From Eledone cirrhosa (lineage: Eukaryota): a stretch of 64,000 nt of DNA. The notes under the pieces were generated by a model. That model made no database searches. It had not been told where the DNA came from and saw only the letters and a list, made by a program, of their open reading frames with translations. The position numbers and the translations under genes are program-made. The stretch's first letter is position 1; each line of letters starts with the position of its first letter. The DNA lies in NCBI GenBank assembly GCA_964016885.1, contig OZ024759.1, positions 620,001 to 684,000 on the forward strand, written 5' to 3'. This document shows, piece after piece, positions 30,801 to 44,600 of this stretch.

Positions 30801-33800
30801 AGTCTATATTAGTAACATGACAAAGTCTATATTAGTAACATGACACAGTCTATATTAGTAACATGACACAGTCTATATTAGTAACATGACAGTCTATATT
30901 AGTAGCATGACATAGTCTATATTAGTAACATGACATGGTCTATATTAGTAGCATGACAAAGTCTATATTAGTAACATGACAAAGTCTATATTAGTAACAT
31001 GACACAGTCTATATTAGTAACATGACAAAGTCTATATTAGTAACATGACACAGTCTATATTAGTAGCATGACAAAGTCTATATTAGTAACATGACACAGT
31101 CTATATTAGTAACATGACACAGTCTATATTAGTAACATGACAAAGTCTATATTAGTAACATGACACAGTCTATATTACTAACATGACAAAGTCTATATTA
31201 GTAACATGACACAGTCTATATTAGTAACATGACAAAGTCTATATTAGTAACATGACACAGTCTATATTAGTAACATGACACAGTCTATATTAGTAACATG
31301 ACGCAGTCTATATTAGTAACATGACAAAGTCTATATTAGTAACATGACAAAGTCTATATTAGTAACAGGACAGTCTATATTAGTAACATGACAAAGTCTA
31401 TATTAGTAACATGACACAGTCTATATTAGTAACATGACAAAGTCTCTATTAGTAACATGACAAAGTCTATATTAGTAACATGACAGTCTATATTAGTAAC
31501 ATGACAAAGTCTCTATTAGTAACATGACAAAGTCTATATTAGTAACATGACAGTCTATATTAGTAACATGACAAAGTCTATATTAGTAACATGACAGTCT
31601 ATATTGTAACATGACACAGTCTATATTAGTAACATGACACAGTCTATATTAGTAACATGACATAGTCTATATTAGTAACATGACAAAGTCTATATTAGTA
31701 ACATGACAGTCTATATTGTAACATGACACAGTCTATATTAGTAACATGACACAGTCTATATTAGTAACATGACAGTCTATATTAGTAACATGACAAAGTC
31801 TATATTACTAACATGACAAAGTCTATATTAGTAACATGACACAGTCTATATTAGTAACATGACAAAGTCTATATTAGTAACATGACACAGTCTATATTAG
31901 TAACATGACATAGTCTATATTAGTAACATGACAAAGTCTATATTAGTAGCATGACACAGTCTATATTAGTAACATGACACAGTCTATATTAGTAACATGA
32001 CAGTCTATATTAGTAACATGACAAAGTCTATATTAGTAGCATGACAAAGTCTATATTAGTAACATGACACAGTCTATATTAGTAACATGAGAGTCTATAT
32101 TAGTAACATGACACAGTCTATATTAGTAACATGACACAGTCTATATTAGTAACATGACAGTCTATATTAGTAACATGACAAAGTCTATATTAGTAGCATG
32201 ACAAAGTCTATATTAGTAACATGACAAAGTCTATATTAGTAACATGACACAGTCTATATTAGTAACATGACAAAGTCTATATTAGTAACATGACAAAGTC
32301 TATATTAGTAACATGAAACAGTCTATATTAGTAACATGACAAAGTCTATATTAGTAACATGACACTGTCTATATTAGTAACTTGACAAAGTCTATATTAG
32401 TAGCATGACAAAGTCTATATTAGTAGCATGACAAAGTCTATATTAGTAACATGACAAAGTCTATATTAGTAACATGACACAGTCTATATTAGTAACATGA
32501 CAAAGACTATATTAGTAACATGGCACAGTCTATATTAGTAACATGACAAAGTCTATATTAGTAACATGACAGTCTATATTAGTAACATGACAGTCTATAT
32601 TAGTAGCATGACAAAGTCTATATTAGTAACATGACAAAGTCATATTAGTAACATGACACAGTCTATATTAGTAACATGACAAAGGCTATATTAGTAACAT
32701 GACACAGTCTATATTAGTAACATGACACAGTCTATATTAGTAACATGACAAAGTCTATATTAGTAACATGACAAAGTCTATATTAGTAACATGACACAGT
32801 CTATATTAGTAACATGACACAGTCTATATTAGTAACATGACATAGTCTATATTAGTAACATGACAAAGTCTATATTAGTAACATGACAGTCTATATTGTA
32901 ACATGACACAGTCTATATTAGTAACATGACACAGTCTATATTAGTAACATGACAGTCTATATTAGTAACATGACAAAGTCTATATTAGTAACATGACAAA
33001 GTCTATATTAGTAACATGACAAAGTCTATATTAGTAACATGACAAAGTCTATATTAGTAACTTGACACAGTCTATATTAGTAACATGACATAGTCTATAT
33101 TAGTAACATGACAAAGTCTATATTAGTAGCATGACACAGTCTATATTAGTAACATGACACAGTCTATATTAGTAACATGACTGTCTATATTAGTAACATG
33201 ACAAAGTCTATATTAGTAGCATGACAAAGTCTATATTAGTAACATGACAAAGTCTATATTAGTAACATGACACAGTCTATATTAGTAACATGACACAGTC
33301 TATATTAGTAACATGACAAAGTCTATATTAGTAGCATGACAAAGTCTATATTAGTAACATGACACAGTCTATATTAGTAACATGACAAAGACTATATTAG
33401 TAACATGACAGTCTATATTAGTAACATGTCAAAGTCTATATTAGTAACATGACAGTCTATATTAGTAACATGACAGTCTATATTAGTAGCATGACAAAGT
33501 CTATATTAGTAACATGACAAAGTCTATATTAGTAACATGACACAGTCTATATTAGTAACATGACACAGTCTATATTAGTAACATGACAGTCTATATTAGT
33601 AGCATGACATAGTCTATATTAGTAACATGACATGGTCTATATTAGTAGCATGACAAAGTCTATATTAGTAACATGACAAAGTCTATATTAGTAACATGAC
33701 ACAGTCTATATTAGTAACATGACAAAGTCTATATTAGTAACATGACACAGTCTATATTAGTAGCATGACAAAGTCTATATTAGTAACATGACACAGTCTA

Positions 33801-35460
33801 TATTAGTAACATGACACAGTCTATATTAGTAACATGACAAAGTCTATATTAGTAACATGACACAGTCTATATTACTAACATGACAAAGTCTATATTAGTA
33901 ACATGACACAGTCTATATTAGTAACATGACAAAGTCTATATTAGTAACATGACACAGTCTATATTAGTAACATGACACAGTCTATATTAGTAACATGACG
34001 CAGTCTATATTAGTAACATGACAAAGTCTATATTAGTAACATGACAAAGTCTATATTAGTAACAGGACAGTCTATATTAGTAACATGACAAAGTCTATAT
34101 TAGTAACATGACACAGTCTATATTAGTAACATGACAAAGTCTCTATTAGTAACATGACAAAGTCTATATTAGTAACATGACAGTCTATATTAGTAACATG
34201 ACAAAGTCTCTATTAGTAACATGACAAAGTCTATATTAGTAACATGACAGTCTATATTAGTAACATGACAAAGTCTATATTAGTAACATGACAGTCTATA
34301 TTGTAACATGACACAGTCTATATTAGTAACATGACACAGTCTATATTAGTAACATGACATAGTCTATATTAGTAACATGACAAAGTCTATATTAGTAACA
34401 TGACAGTCTATATTGTAACATGACACAGTCTATATTAGTAACATGACACAGTCTATATTAGTAACATGACAGTCTATATTAGTAACATGACAAAGTCTAT
34501 ATTACTAACATGACAAAGTCTATATTAGTAACATGACACAGTCTATATTAGTAACATGACAAAGTCTATATTAGTAACATGACACAGTCTATATTAGTAA
34601 CATGACATAGTCTATATTAGTAACATGACAAAGTCTATATTAGTAGCATGACACAGTCTATATTAGTAACATGACACAGTCTATATTAGTAACATGACAG
34701 TCTATATTAGTAACATGACAAAGTCTATATTAGTAGCATGACAAAGTCTATATTAGTAACATGACACAGTCTATATTAGTAACATGAGAGTCTATATTAG
34801 TAACATGACACAGTCTATATTAGTAACATGACACAGTCTATATTAGTAACATGACACAGTCTATATTAGTAACATGACAAAGTCTATATTAGTAGCATGA
34901 CAAAGTCTATATTAGTAACATGACAAAGTCTATATTAGTAACATGACACAGTCTATATTAGTAACATGACAAAGTCTATATTAGTAACATGACAAAGTCT
35001 ATATTAGTAACATGAAACAGTCTATATTAGTAACATGACAAAGTCTATATTAGTAACATGACACTGTCTATATTAGTAACTTGACAAAGTCTATATTAGT
35101 AGCATGACAAAGTCTATATTAGTAGCATGACAAAGTCTATATTAGTAACATGACAAAGTCTATATTAGTAACATGACACAGTCTATATTAGTAACATGAC
35201 AAAGACTATATTAGTAACATGGCACAGTCTATATTAGTAACATGACAAAGTCTATATTAGTAACATGACAGTCTATATTAGTAACATGACAGTCTATATT
35301 AGTAGCATGACAAAGTCTATATTAGTAACATGACAAAGTCATATTAGTAACATGACACAGTCTATATTAGTAACATGACAAAGGCTATATTAGTAACATG
35401 ACACAGTCTATATTAGTAACATGACACAGTCTATATTAGTAACATGACAAAGTCTATATT
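27860..35460. repeat. 2699-bp higher-order repeat, ~2.8 tandem copies
   Basis: 'atgagag' at 29388, 32087 and 34784 (offsets 2699 and 2697; the 2-bp difference is explained by a 21-bp monomer near 32155). The ggcac, aaggc and caggac markers are co-periodic. Confidence 0.85.
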
Positions 35461-35639
35461 AGTAACATGACATAGTCTATATTAGTAACATGACAAAGTC
35501 TATATTAGTAACATGACAGTCTATATTAGTAACATGACAAAGTCTATATTAGTAGCATGACAAAGTCTATATTAGTAACATGACACAGTCTATATTAGTA
35601 ACATTACAGTCTATATTAGTAACATGACACAGTCTATAT

Positions 35640-38600
35640 TAGTAACATGACACAGTCTATATTAGTAACATGACATAGTCTATATTAGTAACATGACAAA
35701 GTCTATATTAGTAACATGACAGTCTATATTGTAACATGACACAGGCTATATTAGTAACATGACACAGTCTATATTAGTAACATGACAGTCTATATTAGTA
35801 ACATGACAAAGTCTATATTAGTAACATGACAAAGTCTATATTAGTAACATGACAAAGTCTATATTAGTAACATGACAAAGTCTATATTAGTAACTTGACA
35901 CAGTCTATATTAGTAACATGACATAGTCTATATTAGTAACATGACAAAGTCTATATTAGTAGCATGACACAGTCTATATTAGTAACATGACACAGTCTAT
36001 ATTAGTAACATGACTGTCTATATTAGTAACATGACAAAGTCTATATTAGTAGCATGACAAAGTCTATATTAGTAACATGACAAAGTCTATATTAGTAACA
36101 TGACACAGTCTATATTAGTAACATGACAAAGTCTATATTAGTAACATGACAAAGTCTATATTAGTAACATGAAACAGTCTATATTAGTAACATGACAAAG
36201 TCTATATTAGTAACATGACACTGTCTATATTAGTAACTTGACAAAGTCTATATTAGTAACATGACACAGTCTATATTAGTAACATGACACAGTCTATATT
36301 AGTAACATGACAAAGTCTATATTAGTAGCATGACAAAGTCTATATTAGTAACATGACAAAGTCTATATTAGTAACATGACACAGTCTATATTAGTAAAAT
36401 GACAAAGACTATATTAGTAACATGACACAGTCTATATTAGTAACATGACAAAGTCTATATTAGTAACATGACAGTCTATATTAGTAACATGACAGTCTAT
36501 ATTAGTAGCATGACAAAGTCTATATTAGTAACATGACAAAGTCATATTAGTAACATGACACAGTCTATATTAGTAACATGACAAAGTCTATATTAGTAAC
36601 ATGACACAGTCTATATTAGTAACATGACACAGTCTATATTAGTAACATGACACAGTCTATATTAGTAACATGACAAAGTCTATATTAGTAACATGACACA
36701 GTTTATATTAGTAACATGACACAGTCTATATTAGTAACATGACATAGTCTATATTAGTAACATGACAAAGTCTATATTAGTAACATGACAGTCTATATTG
36801 TAACATGACACAGTCTATATTAGTAACATGACACAGTCTATATTAGTAACATGCCAGTCTATATTAGTAACATGACAAAGTCTATATTAGTAACAAGACA
36901 AAGTCTATATTAGTAACATGACAAAGTCTATATTAGTAACATGACATAGTCTATATTAGTAGCATGACACAGTCTATATTAGTAACATGACAGAGTCTAT
37001 ATTAGTAACATGACAGTCTATATTAGTAACATGACAAAGTCTATATTAGTAGCATGACAAAGTCTATATTAGTAACATGACACAGTCTATATTAGTAACA
37101 TGACAATCTATATTAGTAACATGACACAGTCTATATTAGTAACATGACAAAGTCTATATTAGTAACATGACAAAGTCTATATTAGTAACATGACACAGTC
37201 TATATTAGTAACATGACACAGTCTATATTAATAACATGACAAAGTCTATATTAGTAACATGACACAGTCTATATTAGTAACATGACATAGTCTATATTAG
37301 TAACGTGACACAGTCTATATTAGTAACATGACAAAGTCTATATTAGTAGCATGACAAAGTCTATATTAGTAACATGACAAAGTCTATATTAGTAACATGA
37401 CACAGTCTATATTAGTAACATGACAAAGTCTATATTAGTAAGATGACAAAGTCTATATTAGTAACATGACAGTCTATATTAGTAACATGACAAAGTCTCT
37501 ATTAGTAACATGACAAAGTCTATATTAGTAACATGACAGTCTATATTAGTAACATAACAAAGTCTATATTAGTAACATGACAGTCTATATTGTAACATGA
37601 CACAGTCTATATTAGTAACATGACACAGTCTATATTAGTAACATGACATAGTCTATATTAGTAACATGACAAAGTCTATATTAGTAACAAGACAGTCTAT
37701 ATTGTAACACGACACAGTCTATATTAGTAATATGACACAGTCTATATTAGAAACATGACAGTCTATATTAGTAACATGACAAAGTCTATATTAGTAACAT
37801 GACAAAGTCTATATTAGTAACATGACAAAGTCTATATTAGTAGCATGACACAGTCTATATTAGTAACATGACACAGTCTATATTAGTAACATGACAGTCT
37901 ATATTAGTAACATGACAACGTCTATATTAGTAGCATGACAAAGTCTATATTAGTAACATGACACAGTCTATATTAGTAACATGACAGTCTATATTAGTAA
38001 CATGACACAGTCTATATTAGTAACATGACAAAGTCTATATTAGTAGCATGACAAAGTCTATATTAGTAACATGACAGTCTATATTAGTAACATGACAAAG
38101 TCTATATTAGTAGCATGACAAAGTCTATATTAGTAGCATGACACAGTCTAAATTAGTAACATGACACAGTCTATATTAGTAACATGACACAGTCTATATT
38201 AGTAACATGACAAAGTCTATATTAGTAGCATGACAAAGTCTATATTAGTAACATGACAAAGTCAATATTAGTAACATGACACAGTCTATATTAGTAACAT
38301 GACAAAGTCTATATTAGTAACATGACAAAGTCTATATTAGTAACATGAAACAGTCTATATTAGTAACATGACAAAGTCTATATTAGTAACATGACACTGT
38401 CTATATTAGTAACTTGACAAAGTCTATATTAGTAACATGACACAGTCTATATTAGTAACATGACACAGTCTATATTAGTAACATGACAAAGTCTATATTA
38501 GTAGCATGACAAAGTCTATATTAGTAACATGACACAGTCTATATTAGTAACATGACAAAGACTATATTAGTAACATGACAGTCTATATTAGTAACATGTC

Positions 38601-41600
38601 AAAGTCTATATTAGTAACATGACAGTCTATATTAGTAACATGACAGTCTATATTAGTAGCATGACAAAGTCTATATTAGTAACATGACAAAGTCTATATT
38701 AGTAACATGACACAGTCTATATTAGTAACATGACACAGTCTATATTAGTAACATGACAGTCTATATTAGTAGCATGACAAAGTCTATATTAATAACATGA
38801 CACAGTCTATATTAGTAACATGACATAGTCTATATTAGTAACATGACATGGTCTATATTAGTAGCATGACAAAGTCTATATTAGTAACATGACAAAGTCT
38901 ATATTAGTCACATGACACAGTCTATATTAGTAACATGACAAAGTCTATATTAGTAACATGACACAGTCTATATTAGTAGCATGACAAAGTCTATATTAGT
39001 AACATGACACAGTCTATATTAGTAACATGACACAGTCTATATTAGTAACATGACAAAGTCTATATTAGTAACATGACACAGTCTATATTACTAACATGAC
39101 AAAGTCTATATTAGTAACATGACACAGTCTATATTAGTAACATGACAAAGTCTATATTAGTAACATGACACAGTCTATATTAGTAACATGACTCAGTCTA
39201 TATTAGTAACATGACGCAGTCTATATTAGTAACATGACAAAGTCTATATTAGTAACATGACAAAGTCTATATTAGTAACATGACAGTCTATATTGTAACA
39301 TGACACAGTCTATATTAGTAACATGACACAGTCTATATTAGTAACATGACATAGTCTATATTAGTAACATGACAAAGTCTATATTAGTAAAATGACAGTC
39401 TATATTGTAACATGTCACAGTCTATATTAGTAACATGACACAGTCTATATTAGTAACATGACAAAGTCATATTAGTAACATGACACAGTCTATATTAGTA
39501 ACATGACAAAGGCTATATTAGTAACATGACACAGTCTATATTGGTAACATGACACAGTCTATATTAGTAACATGACAAAGTCTATATTAGTAACATGACA
39601 AAGTCTATATTAGTAACATGACACAGTCTATATTAGTAACATGACACAGTCTATATTAGTAACATGACATAGTCTATATTAGTAACATGACAAAGTCTAT
39701 ATTAGTAACATGACAGTCTATATTGTAACATGACACAGTCTATATTAGTAACATGACACAGTCTATATTAGTAACATGACAGTCTATATTAGTAACATGA
39801 CAAAGTCTATATTAGTAACATGACAAAGTCTATATTAGTAACATGACAAAGTCTATATTAGTAACATGACAAAGTCTATATTAGTAACTTGACACAGTCT
39901 ATATTAGTAACATGACATAGTCTATATTAGTAACATGACAAAGTCTATATTAGTAGCATGACACAGTCTATATTAGTAACATGACACAGTCTATATTAGT
40001 AACATGACTGTCTATATTAGTAACATGACAAAGTCTATATTAGTAGCATGACAAAGTCTATATTAGTAACATGACAAAGTCTATATTAGTAACATGACAC
40101 AGTCTATATTAGTAACATGACAAAGTCTATATTAGTAACATGACAAAGTCTATATTAGTAACATGAAACAGTCTATATTAGTAACATGACAAAGTCTATA
40201 TTATTAACATGACACTGTCTATATTAGTAACTTGACAAAGTCTATATTAGTAACATGACACAGTCTATATTAGTAACATGACACAGTCTATATTAGTAAC
40301 ATGACAAAGTCTATATTAGTAGCATGACAAAGTCTATATTAGTAACATGACAAAGTCTATATTAGTAACATGACACAGTCTATATTAGTAAAATGACAAA
40401 GACTATATTAGTAACATGACACAGTCTATATTAGTAACATGACAAAGTCTATATTAGTAACATGACAGTCTATATTAGTAACATGACAGTCTATATTAGT
40501 AGCATGACAAAGTCTATATTAGTAACATGACAAAGTCATATTAGTAACATGACACAGTCTATATTAGTAACATGACAAAGTCTATATTAGTAACATGACA
40601 CAGTCTATATTAGTAACATGACACAGTCTATATTAGTAACATGACACAGTCTATATTAGTAACATGACAAAGTCTATATTAGTAACATGACACAGTTTAT
40701 ATTAGTAACATGACACAGTCTATATTAGTAACATGACATAGTCTATATTAGTAACATGACAAAGTCTATATTAGTAACATGACAGTCTATATTGTAACAT
40801 GACACAGTCTATATTAGTAACATGACACAGTCTATATTAGTAACATGACAGTCTATATTAGTAACATGACAAAGTCTATATTAGTAACAAGACAAAGTCT
40901 ATATTAGTAACATGACAAAGTCTATATTAGTAACATGACATAGTCTATATTAGTAGCATGACACAGTCTATATTAGTAACATGACAGAGTCTATATTAGT
41001 AACATGACAGTCTATATTAGTAACATGACAAAGTCTATATTAGTAGCATGACAAAGTCTATATTAGTAACATGACACAGTCTATATTAGTAACATGACAA
41101 TCTATATTAGTAACATGACACAGTCTATATTAGTAACATGACAAAGTCTATATTAGTAACATGACAAAGTCTATATTAGTAACATGACACAGTCTATATT
41201 AGTAACATGACACAGTCTATATTAATAACATGACAAAGTCTATATTAGTAACATGACACAGTCTATATTAGTAACATGACATAGTCTATATTAGTAACGT
41301 GACACAGTCTATATTAGTAACATGACAAAGTCTATATTAGTAGCATGACAAAGTCTATATTAGTAACATGACAAAGTCTATATTAGTAACATGACACAGT
41401 CTATATTAGTAACATGACAAAGTCTATATTAGTAACATGACAAAGTCTATATTAGTAACATGACAGTCTATATTAGTAACATGACAAAGTCTCTATTAGT
41501 AACATGACAAAGTCTATATTAGTAACATGACAGTCTATATTAGTAACATAACAAAGTCTATATTAGTAACATGACAGTCTATATTGTAACATGACACAGT

Positions 41601-44600
41601 CTATATTAGTAACATGACACAGTCTATATTAGTAACATGACATAGTCTATATTAGTAACATGACAAAGTCTATATTAGTAACAAGACAGTCTATATTGTA
41701 ACACGACACAGTCTATATTAGTAATATGACACAGTCTATATTAGAAACATGACAGTCTATATTAGTAACATGACAAAGTCTATATTAGTAACATGACAAA
41801 GTCTATATTAGTAACATGACAAAGTCTATATTAGTAGCATGACACAGTCTATATTAGTAACATGACACAGTCTATATTAGTAACATGACAGTCTATATTA
41901 GTAACATGACAACGTCTATATTAGTAGCATGACAAAGTCTATATTAGTAACATGACACAGTCTATATTAGTAACATGACAGTCTATATTAGTAACATGAC
42001 ACAGTCTATATTAGTAACATGACAAAGTCTATATTAGTAGCATGACAAAGTCTATATTAGTAACATGACAGTCTATATTAGTAACATGACAAAGTCTATA
42101 TTAGTAGCATGACAAAGTCTATATTAGTAGCATGACACAGTCTAAATTAGTAACATGACACAGTCTATATTAGTAACATGACACAGTCTATATTAGTAAC
42201 ATGACAAAGTCTATATTAGTAGCATGACAAAGTCTATATTAGTAACATGACAAAGTCAATATTAGTAACATGACACAGTCTATATTAGTAACATGACAAA
42301 GTCTATATTAGTAACATGACAAAGTCTATATTAGTAACATGAAACAGTCTATATTAGTAACATGACAAAGTCTATATTAGTAACATGACACTGTCTATAT
42401 TAGTAACTTGACAAAGTCTATATTAGTAACATGACACAGTCTATATTAGTAACATGACACAGTCTATATTAGTAACATGACAAAGTCTATATTAGTAACA
42501 AGACAGTCTATATTGTAACACGACACAGTCTATATTAGTAATATGACACAGTCTATATTAGAAACATGACAGTCTATATTAGTAACATGACAAAGTCTAT
42601 ATTAGTAACATGACAAAGTCTATATTAGTAACATGACAAAGTCTATATTAGTAGCATGACACAGTCTATATTAGTAACATGACACAGTCTATATTAGTAA
42701 CATGACAGTCTATATTAGTAACATGACAACGTCTATATTAGTAGCATGACAAAGTCTATATTAGTAACATGACACAGTCTATATTAGTAACATGACAGTC
42801 TATATTAGTAACATGACAGTCTATATTAGTAACATGACAAAGTCTATATTAGTAGCATGACAAAGTCTATATTAGTAGCATGACACAGTCTAAATTAGTA
42901 ACATGACACAGTCTATATTAGTAACATGACACAGTCTATATTAGTAACATGACAAAGTCTATATTAGTAGCATGACAAAGTCTATATCAGTAACATGACA
43001 AAGTCAATATTAGTAACATGACACAGTCTATATTAGTAACATGACAAAGTCTATATTAGTAACATGACAAAGTCTATATTAGTAACATGAAACAGTCTAT
43101 ATTAGTAACATGACAAAGTCTATATTAGTAACATGACACTGTCTATATTAGTAACTTGACAAAGTCTATATTAGTAACATGACACAGTCTATATTAGTAA
43201 CATGACACAGTCTATATTAGTAACATGACAAAGTCTATATTAGTGGCATGACAAAGTCTATATTAGTAACATGACACAGTCTATATTAGTAACATGACAA
43301 AGACTATATTAGTAACATGACAGTCTATATTAGTAACATGTCAAAGTCTATATTAGTAACATGACAGTCTATATTAGTAACATGACAGTCTATATTAGTA
43401 GCATGACAAAGTCTATATTAGTAACATGACAAAGTCTATATTAGTAACATGACACAGTCTATATTAGTAACATGACACAGTCTATATTAGTAACATGACA
43501 GTCTATATTAGTAGCATGACAAAGTCTATATTAATAACATGACACAGTCTATATTAGTAACATGACATAGTCTATATTAGTAACATGACATGGTCTATAT
43601 TAGTAGCATGACAAAGTCTATATTAGTAACATGACAAAGTCTATATTAGTCACATGACACAGTCTATATTAGTAACATGACAAAGTCTATATTAGTAACA
43701 TGACACAGTCTATATTAGTAGCATGACAAAGTCTATATTAGTAACATGACACAGTCTATATTAGTAACATGACACAGTCTATATTAGTAACATGACAAAG
43801 TCTATATTAGTAACATGACACAGTCTATATTACTAACATGACAAAGTCTATATTAGTAACATGACACAGTCTATATTAGTAACATGACAAAGTCTATATT
43901 AGTAGCATGACAAAGTCTATATTAGTAACATGACAAAGTCTATATTAGTAACATGACACAGTCTATATTAGTAAAATGACAAAGACTATATTAGTAACAT
44001 GACACAGTCTATATTAGTAACATGACTGTCTATATTAGTAACATGACAAAGTCTATATCAGTAGCATGACAAATTCTATATTAGTAACATGACAAAGTCT
44101 ATATTAGTAACATGACACAGTCTATATTAGTAACATGACAAAGTCTATATTAGTAACATGACAAAGTCTATATTAGTAACATGAAACAGTCTATATTAGT
44201 AACATGACAAAGTCTATATTAGTAACATGACACTGTCTATATTAGTAACTTGACAAAGTCTATATTAGTAACATGACACTGTCTATATTAGTAACATGAC
44301 ACAGTCTATATTAGTAACATGACAAAGTCTATATTAGTAGCATGACAAAGTCTATATTAGTAACATGACAAAGTCTATATTAGTAACATGACACAGTCTA
44401 TATTAGTAAAATGACAAAGACTATATTAGTAACATGACACAGTCTATATTAGTAACATGACAAAGTCTATATTAGTAACATGACAGTCTATATTAGTAAC
44501 ATGACAGTCTATATTAGTAGCATGACAAAGTCTATATTAGTAACATGACAAAGTCATATTAGTAACATGACACAGTCTATATTAGTAACATGACAAAGTC

